Assembly (NCBI RefSeq): GCF_009914755.1
Contig: NC_060933.1
Length of the DNA: 64,000 nt
Reading direction: 5' to 3' (one strand)
DNA from: the human T2T-CHM13v2.0 reference genome, Homo sapiens
Part shown: one piece after another, positions 42,601 to 58,200 of the stretch
Numbering within the stretch: the stretch's first letter is position 1
Layout: every line of letters starts with the position of its first letter
Translations under genes and position numbers: made by a program
Notes under the pieces: generated by a model
Databases searched by the model: none
Seen by the model: the letters and a program-made list of their open reading frames with translations, nothing else
Told to the model about the DNA's origin: nothing

Positions 42601-45600
42601 ATGGAATTAACCCGAATAGAATGGAATGGAATGGAATGGAACGGAATGGAACGGAATGGAATGGAATGGAATGGAATGGAATGGTATGGAGTGGAATGGA
42701 ATGGAATCAACACGAGTGCAGTGTAATGGAATCGAATGGAATGGAATGGAATGGAATGGATTCAACACGAATGGAATGGAAAGGAATGGAATAAACCCGC
42801 GTGGAATGGCATGGAATGGAGTGGAATGGAATGGAATGGAATGGAATGGAATCAACCCGAGTGCAATGTAATGGAATCGAATGGAATGGAATGGAATGGA
42901 ATGGAATGGATTCAACCCGAATGGAATGGAAAGGAATGGAATAATCCCGAGTGGAATGGCATGAAGTGGAGTGGAATGGAATGGAATGGAATGGAATGGA
43001 ATGGTACGGAATAGAATGGAATGGAACGAAATGGAATGGAATGGAATGGAATGGAATAGAATGGAATGAACCCGTGTGCAATGGAATGGAATCGAATGGA
43101 ATGGAATGGATTGGAATGGATTCAACTCGAATGGAATGGAAAGGAATGGAATCAACCCGAGTGGAATGGCATGGAATGGAATGGAATGGAATGGAATGGA
43201 ATGGAATGGAATGGTACGGAATAGAATGGAAAGGAACGAAATGGAATGGAATGAAATGGAATGGAATGGAATGGAATGGAATGGAATGGAATGGAATGGA
43301 ATCAACCCGAGTGCAAGGGAATGGAATGGAATTGAAGGCAATGGAATGGAATCATCCGGAATTGAATGGAATGGAATGGAATCAACTCGATTGCAATGGA
43401 ATGGAATGGAATGGAATGGAATGGAATGGAATGGAATGGAATGGAATGGAATGGAATGGAATTAACCCGAATAGAATGGAATGGAATGGAATGGAAGTAA
43501 ATGGAATGGAAGGTAATGAACCCGAGTGCAGGGGAATGGAATGGAATGGAATGCAATGAAATGGAGTCATCCGGAATGGAACGGAAATGAATGGAATGGA
43601 ACCAACCCGTGTGCAATGGAATTGAAAGGAATGGAATGGAATGGAATGGAATGGAATGGAATGGAATGGAATGGATTCAACCCGAATGGAATGGAAAGGA
43701 AGGGAATCAACCCAAGTGGAATGGCATGGAATGGAATGGATTGGAATGGAATGGAATGGTACCGAATGGAATGGAATGGAATGGTACCGAATAGAATGGA
43801 ATGGAACGAAATGGAATGGAATGGAATGGAATGGAATGGAATGGAGTGAACACGTGCAATGGATTGGAATGGAATGGAATGGAATGGAATGGAATGGAAT
43901 GGGTTCGACTCGAATGGAACGGAATGTAATGAAATCAACCCGAGTGGAATGGCATGTAATGGAATGGAATGGAATGGAATGGAATGGAAACAACACGAGT
44001 GCAATGTAATGGAATCGAATGGAATGGAATGCAATGGATTCAACCCGAATGGAATGGAAACGAATGGAATAAAACCGAGTGGAATGGCATGGAATGGAGT
44101 CTAATGGAATGGAATGGAATGGAATGGTATGGAATAGAATGGAATGGAACGAAATGGAATGGAATGGAATGGAATGAAATGAACCCGTGTGCAATGGAAT
44201 GGAATGGAATGGAATGGAATGGAATGGATTCAACTCGAATGGAATGGAAAGGAATGGAATCAACCCGAGTGGAATGGCATGGAATGGAATGGAATGGAAT
44301 GGAATTAACCCTAATAGAATGGAATGGAATGGAATGGAATGGAATGGAATGGAATGGAAGGAAATGGAATGGAATGGAATGGAATGGAATGGAATGGAAT
44401 GGAATGGAATGGAATGGTACGGAATAGAATGGAATGGAACGAAATGGAATGGAATGGAATGGAATGGGATGGAATGGAATGGAATGGAATCAACCCGAGT
44501 GCAGGGGAATGGAATGGAATGGAAGGCAATGGAATGACATCATTCGGAATTGAATGGAATGAAATGGAATGGAATGGAATCAACTCGATTGGAATGGAAT
44601 GGAATGGAATGGAATGGAATAGAATGGAATGGAATGGAAGTGAATGGAATGGAATGTAATGAAACCGAGTGCAGGGGAATGGAATGGAATGGAATGCAAT
44701 GGAATGGAGTCATCCGGAATGGAACGGAATGGAATGGAATGGAATCAACCCGAGTGCAATGGAATGGAATGGAATGGAAAGGAATGGAATGGAATGGACT
44801 CAACCCGAATGGAATGGAAAGGAATGGAATCAACCCGAGAGGAATGGCATGGAATGGAATGGAATGGAATGGAGTGGAATGGTACAGAATAGAATGTAAT
44901 GGAACAAAATGGAATGGAATGGAATGGAATGGAATGGAATCATTCCGAGTGGAATAGAAGGGAATGTTTTCGAGTGGAATGAAAAGGAATGGAATCAACC
45001 AGAGTGGAATGGAATGGAATCGAGTGGAATGGAATGCAATCGAATGGAATGGAAAGGAATAGAATGGAATCAACCCGAGTGGAATGGAATGGAAAGGACT
45101 GGAATGGAATGGAATGGAATGCAATGGAATCAACTCGATTGCAATGAAATGGAATGGAATGGAATGGAATGGAATGGAATTAACCGGAATAGAATGGAAT
45201 TGAATGGAATGGAAAGGAATGGAATGGAATAGAATGGAATGGAATGGATCCAACTCAAATGGAATGGAAAGGAATGGAATCAACCCGAGTGGAATGGCAT
45301 GGAACGGAATGGAATGGAATGGAATGGAATGGAATGAACCCTAATAGAATGGAATGGAATGGAATGGAATGGAATGGAATGGAATGGAAGGAAATGGAAT
45401 GGAATGGAATGGAATGGAATGGAATGGAATGGAATGGAAGGAAATGAATGGAATGGAATGGAATGGAATGGAATGGAATGGAATGGAATGGAAGGAAATG
45501 GAATGGAATGGAATGGAATGGAATGGAATGGAATGGAATGGAATGGAATGGAAGGAAATGGAATGGAATGGAATGGAATGGAATGGAATGGTACGGAATA

Positions 45601-48600
45601 GAATGGAATGGAACGAAATGGAATGGAATGGAATGGAATGGAATGGAATGGAATGGAATGGAAGTGAATGGAATGGAATGTAATGAAACCGAGTGCAGGG
45701 GAATGGAATGGAATGGAATGCAATGGAATGGAGTCATCCGGAATGGAACGGAATGGAATGGAATGGAATCAACCCGAGTGCAATGGAATGGAATGGAATG
45801 GAAAGGAATGGAATGGAATGGATTCAACCCGAATGGAATGGAAAGGAATGGAATCAACCCGAGAGGAATGGCATGGAATGGAATGGAATGGAATGGAGTG
45901 GAATGGTACGGAATAGAATGTAATGGAACGAAACGGAATGGAATGGAATGGAATGGAATGGAATGGAATGGAATCATTCCGAGTGGAATAGAAGGGAATG
46001 TTTTCGAGTGGAATGAAAAGGAATGGTATCAACCAGAGTGGAATGGAATGGAATCGAATGGAATGGAAAGGAATAGAATGGAATCAACCCGAGTGGAATG
46101 GAATGGAAAGGACTGGAATGGAATGGAATGGAATGCAATGGAATCAACTCGATTGCAATGAAATGGAATGGAATGGAATGGAATGGAATGGAATGGAATG
46201 GAATGGAATGGAATAGAATGGAAAGGAATCACTCCAAGTGCAGGGGAATTTAATGGAATGGAATGCAGTGGAATGGAATCATCCGGAATGGAATGGAATG
46301 GAATGGAATGGAACGGAATGGAATGGAATCAACTCGAATTCAATGGAATGGAAAGGAATGGAATGGAATGGAATGCAATGGAATCGTACGGAATAGAATG
46401 GAATGGAACGAAATGGAATGTAATGGAATGGACTGGAATGGAATGGAATGGAATGGAACGGAATGGAATGGAATGAACCCGCGTGCAATGGAATGGAACG
46501 GAATGGAATGGAATGGAATGGAATGGAATGGAATGGGTTCAACTCGAATGGAATGGAAAGGAATGGAATCAACACGAGTGGAATGGCATGGAATGGAATG
46601 GAATTGAATGAAATGGAATGGAATGGAATGGAATGAAATGTAATGGAATGGAAAGGAATGGAATCAACACGAGTGGAATGGCATGGAATGGAATGGAATT
46701 GAATGAAATGGAATGGAATGGAATGGAATGAAATGTAATGGAATGGAATGGAATGGAATCAACCCGAGTGCAATGTAATGGAATCGAATGGAATGGAATG
46801 GAATGGATTCAACCCGAATGGAATTAAAAGGAATGGAATATACCCGAGTGGAATGGCATGGAATGGAGTGGAATGGAATGGAATGGAATGGAATGGAATG
46901 GTACGGAATAGAATGGAATGTAACGAAATGGAATGTAAGGGAATGGAATGGAATGGAATGGAATGAACCCGTGTGCAATGGAATGGAATGGAATGGAATG
47001 GAATGGAATGGAATGGAATGGATTCAACTCTAATGGAATGGAAGGGAATGGAATCAACGCGAGTGGAATGGCATGGAATGGAATGGAATGGAATGGAATG
47101 GAAGTAAATGGAATGGAATGGAATGAACCCGAGTGCAGGGGAATGGAATGGAATGGAATGGAATGGAATGGAATGGAATTGAATGGAATGGAATGGAATG
47201 CAGTGGAATGGAATCAAACCTAGTGCAATTGAATGGAATGGAATGGAATGGAATGGAATGGAATGGAATGGATTCAACCCAAATGGAATGGAAAGCAATG
47301 GAATCAACCCGAGTGGAATGGCATGGAATGGAATGGAATGGAATGTAATGGAATGGAATGGGATGGAATGGAATGGTACGGAATAAAATGGAATGGAACG
47401 AAATGGAATGGAATGGAACGGAATAGAATGGAATCATTCCGAGTGGAATAGAAGGGAATGAATTCGAGTGGAATGGAAAGGAATGGAATCAACCAGAGTG
47501 GAATGGAAGGGAATGGAATGGAATGGAAACTAATAAAATGGAATCAACACGAGTGGAATGGAATGGAAAGGACTTGAATGGAATGGAATGGAATGGAATG
47601 GAATCAAGTCGATTGCAATGGAATGTAATGGAATGGAGTGGAATGGAATTAACGCGAATAGAATGGAATGGAATGGAATGGAATGGAATGGAATGGAATG
47701 GAATGGAATGGAATGGAATCAACCTGAGTGCAGGGGAATAGAATGCAATGGAATGCAATGGAATGGAATGGAATGGAATGGAATCAACGCGAGTGCAGGG
47801 GAATGGAATGTAATGGAATGCAATGGAATGGAATCTTCCGGAATGGAATGGAATGGAATGGAATCAACCCGAGTGCAATGGAATGGAGTGGAATGGAATG
47901 GAATGGAATTGAACAACCCGAATGCAATCGAATGTAATGGAGAGTAAGGGAGTTGAATAGAATCAATCCGAATGTAATGGAATGGAATGGAACGGAATGG
48001 AATTGAATGGTATGGAATGGAATGCAATGGAATGGAATCAACCCGAGTGCAATGGAATGGAGAGGAATGGAATGGAAACTACCCGAATGGAATGGAATGT
48101 AATGGAGTGTAAGGGAATTGAATAGAATCAATCCGAATGTAATGGAATGGAATGGAACGGAATGGAATGGAATGGAATGGAATGGAATGGAATGGAATGG
48201 AATGGAATACAATGGAATGGAATCAACCCGAGTGCAATCGAATGGAATCGAAAGTAATGGAATGCAATGGAATGGATTCAACTTGAATGGAATGGAAAGA
48301 ATGGAATCAATACGAGTGGAATGGCATGGATTGGAATGGAATGGAATGGAATCAACCCGAGTACAGGGGAATGGAATGGAATGGAATGCAATGGAATGGA
48401 ATCATCCGTAATGTAATGGAAAGGAATGGAATGGAATGGAATGGAATGGAATGGAATGGAATGGAATCAACTCGATTGCAGTCGAATGGAATGGAATGGA
48501 ATTAACCCAAATAGAATGGAATGGAATGGAATGGAATGGAACGGAAAGGAATGGAATGGAATGGAATGGAATAGAATGGAATGGAACGGAACGGAATGGA

Positions 48601-51600
48601 ACGGAATGGAATGGAATGGAATGGAATGGAATGGAATGGAATCAACGCGAGTGCAGGGGAATGGAATGGAATGGAATGCAATGGAATGGAATCTTCCGGA
48701 ATGGAATGGAATGGAATGGAATGGCATGAAATGCAATGGATTCAACTCGATTGCAATGGAATGGAATAGAATGGAATGGAATGGAATGGAATGGAATTAA
48801 CCCGAATAGAATGGAATGGAATGGAATGGAACGGAATGGAACGGAATGGAATGGAATGGAATGGAATGGAATGGAATGGAATGGTATGGAGTGGAATGGA
48901 ATGGAATCAACACGAGTGCAGTGTAATGGAATCGAATGGAATGGAATGGAATGGAATGGATTCAACACGAATGGAATGGAAAGGAATGGAATAAACCCGC
49001 GTGGAATGGCATGGAATGGAGTGGAATGGAATGGAATGGAATGGAATGGAATCAACCCGAGTGCAATGTAATGGAATGGAATGGAATGGAATGGAATGGA
49101 ATGGATTCAACCCGAATGGAATGGAAAGGAATGGAATAATCCCGAGTGGAATGGCATGAAGTGGAGTGGAATGGAATGGAATGGAATGGAATGGTACGGA
49201 ATAGAATGGAATGGAACGAAATGGAATGGAATGGAATGGAATGGAATGGAATGGAATGAACCCGTGTGCAATGGAATGGAATCGAATGGAATGGAATGGA
49301 TTGGAATGGATTCAACTCGAATGGAATGGAAAGGAATGGAATCAACCCGAGTGGAATGGCATGGAATGGAATGGAATGGAATGGAATGGAATGGAATGGA
49401 ATGGTACGGAATAGAATGGAAAGGAACGAAATGGAATGGAATGAAATGGAATGGAATGGAATGGAATGGAATGGAATGGAATGGAATCAACCAGAGTGCA
49501 GGGGAATGGAATGGAATTGAAGGCAATGGAATGGAATCATCCGGAATTGAATGGAATGGAATGGAATCAACTCGATTGCAATGGAATGGAATGGAATGGA
49601 ATGGAATGGAATGGAATGGAATTAACCAGAATAGAATGGAATGGAATGGAATGGAAGTAAATGGAATGGAAGGTAATGAACCCGAGTGCAGGGGAATGGA
49701 ATGGAATGGAATGCAATGAAATGGAGTCATCCGGAATGGAACGGAAAGGAATGGAATGGAACCAACCCGTGTGCAATGGAATTGAAAGGAATGGAATGGA
49801 ATGGAATGGAATGGAATGGAATGGAATGGAATGGAATGGATTCAACCCGAATGGAATGGAAAGGAAGGGAATCAACCCAAGTGGAATGGCATGGAATGGA
49901 ATGGATTGGAATGGAATGGAATGGTACCGAATGGAATGGAATGGAATGGTACCGAATAGAATGGAATGAAACGAAATGGAATGGAATGGAATGGAATGGA
50001 ATGGAATGGAGTGAACACGTGTGCAATGGATTGGAATGGAATGGAATGGAATGGAATGGAATGGAATGGGTTCGACTCGAATGGAACGGAATGTAATGAA
50101 ATCAACCCGAGTGGAATGGCATGGAATGGAATGGAATGGAATGGAATGGAATGGAAACAACACGAGTGCAATGTAATGGAATCGAATGGAATGGAATGCA
50201 ATGGATTCAACCCGAATGGAATGGAAACGAATGGAATAAAACCGAGTGGAATGGCATGGAATGGAGTCTAATGGAATGGAATGGAATGGAATGGTATGGA
50301 ATAGAATGGAATGGAACGAAATGGAATGGAATGGAATGGAATGAAATGAACCCGTGTGCAATGGAATGGAATGGAATGGAATGGAATGGAATGGAATGGA
50401 TTCAACTCGAATGGAATGGAAAGGAATGGAATCAACCCGAGTGGAATGGCATGGAATGGAATGGAATGGAATGGAATTAACCCTAATAGAATGGAATGGA
50501 ATGGAATGGAATGGAATGGAATGGAATGGAAGGAAATGGAATGGAATGGAATGGAATGGAATGGAATGGAATGGAATGGTACGGAATAGAATGGAATGGA
50601 ACGAAATGGAATGGAATGGAATGGAATGGGATGGAATGGAATGGAATGGAATCAACCCGAGTGCAGGGGAATGGAATGGAATGGAAGGCAATGGAATGAC
50701 ATCATTCGGAATTGAATGGAATGGAATGGAATGGAATGGAATCAACTCGATTGGAATGGAATGGAATGGAATGGAATGGAATGGAATGGAATGGAATGGA
50801 ATGGAATGGAAGTGAATGGAATGGAATGTAATGAAACCGAGTGCAGGGGAATGGAATGGAATGGAATGCAATGGAATGGAGTCATCCGGAATGGAACGGA
50901 ATGGAATGGAATGGAATCAACCCGAGTGCAATGGAATGGAATGGAATGGAAAGGAATGGAATGGAATGGACTCAACCCGAATGGAATGGAAAGGAATGGA
51001 ATCAACCCGAGAGGAATGGCATGGAATGGAATGGAATGGAATGGAGTGGAATGGTACAGAATAGAATGTAATGGAACGAAATGGAATGGAATGGAATGGA
51101 ATGGAATGGAATCATTCCGAGTGGAATAGAAGGGAATGTTTTCGAGTGGAATGAAAAGGAATGGAATCAACCAGAGTGGAATGGAATGGAATCGAGTGGA
51201 ATGGAATGCAATCGAATGGAATGGAAAGGAATAGAATGGAATCAACCCGAGTGGAATGGAATGGAAAGGACTGGAATGGAATGGAATGGAATGCAATGGA
51301 ATCAACTCGATTGCAATGAAATGGAATGGAATGGAATGGAATGGAATGGAATTAACCGGAATAGAATGGAATTGAATGGAATGGAAAGGAATGGAATGGA
51401 ATAGAATGGAATGGAATGGATTCAACTCGAATGGAATGGAAAGGAATGGAATCAACCCGAGTGGAATGGCATGGAACGGAATGGAAGGAATGGAATGGAA
51501 TGGAATGGAATGGAATGGAAGGAAATGGAATGGAATGGAATGGAATGGAATGGAATGGAATGGAAGGAAATGGAATGGAATGGAATGGAATGGAATGGAA

Positions 51601-53860
51601 TGGAATGGAATGGTACGGAATAGAATGGAAGGGAACGAAATGGAATGGAATGGAATGGAATGGAATGGAATGGAATGGAATGGAAGTGAATGGAATGGAA
51701 TGTAATGAAACCGAGTGCAGGGGAATGGAATGGAATGGAATGCAATGGAATGGAGTCATCCGGAATGGAACGGAATGGAATGGAATGGAATCAACCCGAG
51801 TGCAATGGAATGGAATGGAATGGAAAGGAATGGAATGGAATGGATTCAACCCGAATGGAATGGAAAGGAATGGAATCAACCCGAGAGGAATGGCATGGAA
51901 TGGAATGGAATGGAATGGAGTGGAATGGTACGGAATAGAATGTAATGGAACGAAACGGAATGGAATGGAATGGAATGGAATGGAATGGAATGGAATGGAA
52001 TGGAATCATTCCGAGTGGAATAGAAGGGAATGTTTTCGAGTGGAATGAAAAGGAATGGTATCAACCAGAGTGGAATGGAATGGAATCGAATGGAATGGAA
52101 AGGAATAGAATGGAATCAACCCGAGTGGAATGGAATGGAAAGGACTGGAATGGAATGGAATAGAATGCAATGGAATCAACTCGATTGCAATGAAATGGAA
52201 TGGAATGGAATGGAATGGAATGGAATGGAATGGAATGGAATAGAATGGAAAGGAATCACTCCAAGTGCAGGGGAATTTAATGGAATGGAATGCAGTGGAA
52301 TGGAATCATCCGGAATGGAATGGAATGGAATGGAATGGAACGGAATGGAATGGAATCAACTCGAATTCAATGGAATGGAAAGGAATGGAATGGAATGGAA
52401 TGCAATGGAATCGTACGGAATAGAATGGAATGGAACGAAATGGAATGTAATGGAATGGAATGGAATGGAATGGAATGGAATGGAACGGAATGGAATGGAA
52501 TGAACCCGCGTGCAATGGAATGGAACGGAATGGAATGGAATGGAATGGAATGGAATGGAATGGGTTCAACTCGAATGGAATGGAAAGGAATGGAATCAAC
52601 ACGAGTGGAATGGCATGGAATGGAATGGAATTGAATGAAATGGAATGGAATGGAATGGAATGAAATGTAATGGAATGGAAAGGAATGGAATCAACACGAG
52701 TGGAATGGCATGGAATGGAATGGAATTGAATGAAATGGAATGGAATGGAATGGAATGAAATGTAATGGAATGGAATGGAATGGAATCAACCCGAGTGCAA
52801 TGTAATGGAATCGAATGGAATGGAATGGAATGGATTCAACCCGAATGGAATTAAAAGGAATGGAATATACCCGAGTGGAATGGCATGGAATGGAGTGGAA
52901 TGGAACGGAATGGAATGGAATGGAATGGTACGGAATAGAATGGAATGTAACGAAATGGAATGTAAGGGAATGGAATGGAATGGAATGGAATGAACCCGTG
53001 TGCAATGGAATGGAATGGAATGGAATGGAATGGAATGGAATGGATTCAACTCTAATGGAATGGAAGGGAATGGAATCAACGCGAGTGGAATGGCATGGAA
53101 TGGAATGGAATGGAATGGAATGGAATGGAATGGAATGGAAGTAAATGGAATGGAATGGAATGAACCCGAGTGCAGGGGAATGGAATGGAATGGAATGGAA
53201 TGGAATGGAATGGAATGGAATGGAATGGAATGCAGTGGAATGGAATCAAACCTAGTGCAATTGAATGGAATGGAATGGAATGGAATGGAATGGAATGGAA
53301 TGGAATGGATTCAACCCAAATGGAATGGAAAGCAATGGAATCAACCCGAGTGGAATGGCATGGAATGGAATGGAATGGAATGGAATGGAATGGAATGGAA
53401 TGGAATGGTACGGAATAAAATGGAATGGAACGAAATGGAATGGAATGGAACGGAATACAATGGAATCATTCCGAGTGGAATAGAAGGGAATGAATTCGAG
53501 TGGAATGGAAAGGAATGGAATCAACCAGAGTGGAATGGAAGGGAATGGAATGGAATGGAAACTAATAAAATGGAATCAACACGAGTGGAATGGAATGGAA
53601 AGGACTTGAATGGAATGGAATGGAATGGAATGGAATCAAGTCGATTGCAATGGAATGTAATGGAATGGAGTGGAATGGAATTAACGCGAATAGAATGGAA
53701 TGGAATGGAATGGAATGGAATGGAATGGAATGGAATGGAATCAACCTGAGTGCAGGGGAATGGAATGCAATGGAATGCAATGGAATGGAATGGAATCAAC
53801 GCGAGTGCAGGGGAATGGAATGTAATGGAATGCAATGGAATGGAATCTTCCGGAATGGAA
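30400..53860 (+). repeat. ~6.15 kb higher-order repeat array, about 3.7 copies
   Basis: Marker GGAAGTAAATGGAATGGAAGGTAATGAACC at 30807, 36955, 43493 and 49653 (spacing 6148, 6538, 6160). KpnI doublets at 31077, 37220, 43758 and 49923. Matching ORFs at 34991/41534/47719. Confidence 0.92.
38035..39455 (+). repeat. Foreign HSat3 patch replacing about 1 kb of the second 6.15 kb unit
   Basis: The segment equivalent to ~31905-32930 is missing. 38881-39320 instead matches 15941-16380 at a constant offset of 22940. Confidence 0.8.
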
Positions 53861-54465
53861 TGGAATGGAATGGAATGGAATGAAATGCAATAGATTCAAC
53901 TCGATTGCAATGGAATGGAATGGAATGGAATGGAATGAAATGCAATGGATTCAACTCGATTGCAATGGAATGGAATAGATTGGAATGGAATGGAATGGAA
54001 TGGAATGGAATGGAATGGAATTAACCCGAATAGAATGGAATGGAATGGAATGGAACGGAATGGAACGAAATGGAATGGAATGGAATGGAATGGAATGGAA
54101 TGGTATGGAATGGAATGGAATGGTACGGAATAGAATGGAATGGAACGAATTGTAATGGAATGGAATTGAATGGAATGGAATGGAATGGAATGGAATGGAA
54201 TCAACGCGAGTGCAGGGGAATGTAATGGAACGGAATGCAATGGAATGGAAACATCCGGAATGGAATGGAATGGAATGGAAAGGAATGGAATCAACCCGAG
54301 TGCAATGGAATGGAGTGGAATGGAATGGAATGGAATGGAACAACCCGAATGGAATAGAATGTAATGGAGAGTAAGGGAGTTGAATAGAATCAATCCGAAT
54401 GTAATGGAATGGAATGCAACGGATTGGAATGGAATGGAATGGGATGGAATGCAATGGAATGGAAT

Positions 54466-55150
54466 CAACCCGAGTGCAGGGGAATGGAATGGAATGGAAT
54501 GGAATGGAATGGAATGGAATGGAATGGAATGGAATGGAATGGAATGCAGTGGAATGGAATCAAACCTAGTGCAATTGAATGGAATGGAATGGAATGGAAT
54601 GGAATGGAATGGAATGGAATGGAATGGATTCAACCCAAATGGAATGGAAAGCAATGGAATCAACCCGAGTGGAATGGCATGGAATGGAATGGAATGGAAT
54701 GTAATGGAATGGAATGGAATGGAATGGAATGGTACGGAATAAAATGGAATGGAACGAAATGGAATGGAATGGAACGGAATAGAATGGAATCATTCCGAGT
54801 GGAATAGAAGGGAATGAATTCGAGTGGAATGGAAAGGAATGGAATCAACCAGAGTGGAATGGAAGGGAATGGAATGGAATGGAAACTAATAAAATGGAAT
54901 CAACACGAGTGGAATGGAATGGAAAGGACTTGAATGGAATGGAATGGAATGGAATGGAATCAAGTCGATTGCAATGGAATGTAATGGAATGGAGTGGAAT
55001 GGAATTAACGTGAATAGAATGGAATGGAATGGAATGGAATGGAATGGAATGGAATGGAATGGAATGGAATGGAATCAACCTGAGTGCAGGGGAATAGAAT
55101 GCAATGGAATGCAATGGAATGGAATGGAATGGAATGGAATCAACGCGAGT
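54466..55150 (+). repeat. Displaced ~0.65 kb re-copy of 53165-53800
   Basis: CAAACCTAGTGCAATTG at 53247/54561, GAATTC at 53493/54817, CAAGTCGATT at 53637/54961. Confidence 0.82.
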
Positions 55151-55240
55151 GCAGGGGAATGTAATGGAACGGAATGCAATGGAATGGAATCATCCGGAAT
55201 GGAATGGAATGGAATGGAATGGAATGGAATGGAATGGAAT

Positions 55241-58200
55241 CAACCCGAGTGCAATGGAATGGAGTGGAATGGAATGGAATGGAATGGAATGGTATGGAAT
55301 GGAATGGAATGGTACGGAATAGAATGGAATGGAACGAATTGTAATGGAATGGAATTGAATGGAATGGAATGGAATGGAATGGAATGGAATCAACGCGAGT
55401 GCAGGGGAATGTAATGGAACGGAATGCAATGGAATGGAAACATCCGGAATGGAATGGAATGGAATGGAAAGGAATGGAATCATCCGGAGTGCAATGGAAT
55501 GGAGTGGAATGGAATGGAATGGAATGGAACAACCCGAATGGAATGGAATGTAATGGAGAGTAAGGGAGTTGAATAGAATCAATCCGAATGCAATGGAATG
55601 GAATGCAACGGATTGAAATGGAATGGAATGGGATGGAATGCAATGGAATGGAATCAACCCGAGTACAATGGAATGGAATGGAATGGAATGGAATGGAATG
55701 GAATGGAATGCCTTCAAACCGAATGGAATGGAAAGGAATGGAATCAACACGAGTGGAATGGAATGGAATGGAATGGAATGGAATGGAATGGAATGGAATG
55801 GAATGATACGGAATAGAATGTGATGGAACGAAATGGAATGGAATGGAATGGAATGGAATGGAATGGAATGGAATGGAATCGTTCTGAGTGGAATAGGAGG
55901 GAATGTATTCGAGTGGAATGGAAAGGAATGGAATCAACCAGAGTGGAATGGAAGGGAACGGAATGGAATGGAAACTAATAGAATGGAATCAACCCGAGTG
56001 GAATGGAATGGAAAGGACTGGAATGGAATGGAATGGAATGGAATGGAATCAACTCGATTGGAATAGAATGGAATGGAATGGAATGGAATGGAATGGAATT
56101 AACCCGAATACAATGGAATGGAATGGAATGCAATGGAATGGAGTGGAATGGAATGGAATCAACCCGACTGCAGGGGAATGCAATGGAATGGAATGCAATG
56201 GAATGGAGTCATCCGGAATCGAATGGAATGGAATGGAATGCAAAGCAATGGAATCAACTCGATTGCAATGGAATGGAATGGAATGGAATGGAAAGGAATA
56301 CATTGGAATCAACCCGAGTGGAATGGAATGGAAAGGACTGGAATGGAGTGGAATGGAATGGAATGGAATGGAATGGAATCAACTCGATTGGAATGGAATG
56401 GAATGGAATGGAATGGAATGGAATGGAATGGAATGGAATTAACCCGAATAGAATGCAATGGAATGGAATGGAAAGGAACGGAACGGAATGGAATGGAATG
56501 GAATGGAATGGAATGGAATGGAATGGAATCAACCAGACTGCAGGGGAATGGAATGGAATGGAATGCAATGGAATGGATTCAACTTGAATGGAATGGAAAG
56601 AATGGAATCAACACGAGTGGAATGGCATGGATTGGAATGGAATGGAATGGAGTCAACCCGAGTACAGGGGAATGGAATGGAATGGATTCAACCCGAGTAC
56701 AGGGGAATGGAATGGAATGGAATGCAATGGAATGGAATGGAATGCAATGGAATGGAATCATCCGTAATGGAATGGAAAGGAATGGAATGGAATGGAATGG
56801 AATGGAATGGAATGGAATGGAATGGAATGGAATAGAATCAACTCGATTGCAATCGAATGGAATGGAATGGAATTAACCCAAATAGAATGGAATGGAATGG
56901 AATGGAACGGAACGGAACGGAATGGAATGGAATGGAATGGAATGGAACGGAAAGGAAGGGAATAGAATGGAATAGAATGGAATGGAATGGAATCAACGCG
57001 AGTGCAGGGGAATGGAATGGAATGGAATGCAATGGAATGGAATCTTCCGGAATGGAATGGAATGGAATTGAATGGAATGGAATCAACCCGAGTGCAGTGG
57101 AATGGAGTGGAATGGAATGGAATGGAATGGAACAACCCGAATGGAATGGAATGTAATGGAGAGTAAGGGAGTTGAATAGAATCAATCCGAATGTAATGGA
57201 ATGGAATGGAACGGAATGGAATTGAATGGAATGGAATGGAATGCAATGGAATGGAATCAACCCGAGTGCAATGGAATGGAGTGGAATGGAATGGAATGGA
57301 ATGGAATGGTATGGAATGGAATGGAATGGTACGGAATAGAATGGAATGGAACGAATTGTAATGGAATGGAATTGAATGGAATGGAATGGAATGGAATGGA
57401 ATGGAATCAACGCGAGTGCAGGGGAATGTAATGGAACGGAATGCAATGGAATGGAAACATCCGGAATGGAATGGAATGGAATGGAAAGGAATGGAATCAT
57501 CCGGAGTGCAATGGAATGGAGTGGAATGGAATGGAATGGAATGGAACAACCCGAATGGAATGGAATGTAATGGAGAGTAAGGGAGTTGAATAGAATCAAT
57601 CCGAATGCAATGGAATGGAATGCAACGGATTGAAATGGAATGGAATGGGATGGAATGCAATGGAATGGAATCAACCCGAGTACAATGGAATGGAATGGAA
57701 TGGAATGGAATGGAATGGAATGGAATGCCTTCAAACCGAATGGAATGGAAAGGAATGGAATCAACACGAGTGGAATGGAATGGAATGGAATGGAATGGAA
57801 TGGAATGGAATGGAATGGAATGATACGGAATAGAATGTGATGGAACGAAATGGAATGGAATGGAATGGAATGGAATGGAATGGAATGGAATGGAATCGTT
57901 CTGAGTGGAATAGGAGGGAATGTATTCGAGTGGAATGGAAAGGAATGGAATCAACCAGAGTGGAATGGAAGGGAACGGAATGGAATGGAAACTAATAGAA
58001 TGGAATCAACCCGAGTGGAATGGAATGGAAAGGACTGGAATGGAATGGAATGGAATGGAATGGAATCAACTCGATTGGAATAGAATGGAATGGAATGGAA
58101 TGGAATGGAATGGAATTAACCCGAATACAATGGAATGGAATGGAATGCAATGGAATGGAGTGGAATGGAATGGAATCAACCCGACTGCAGGGGAATGCAA

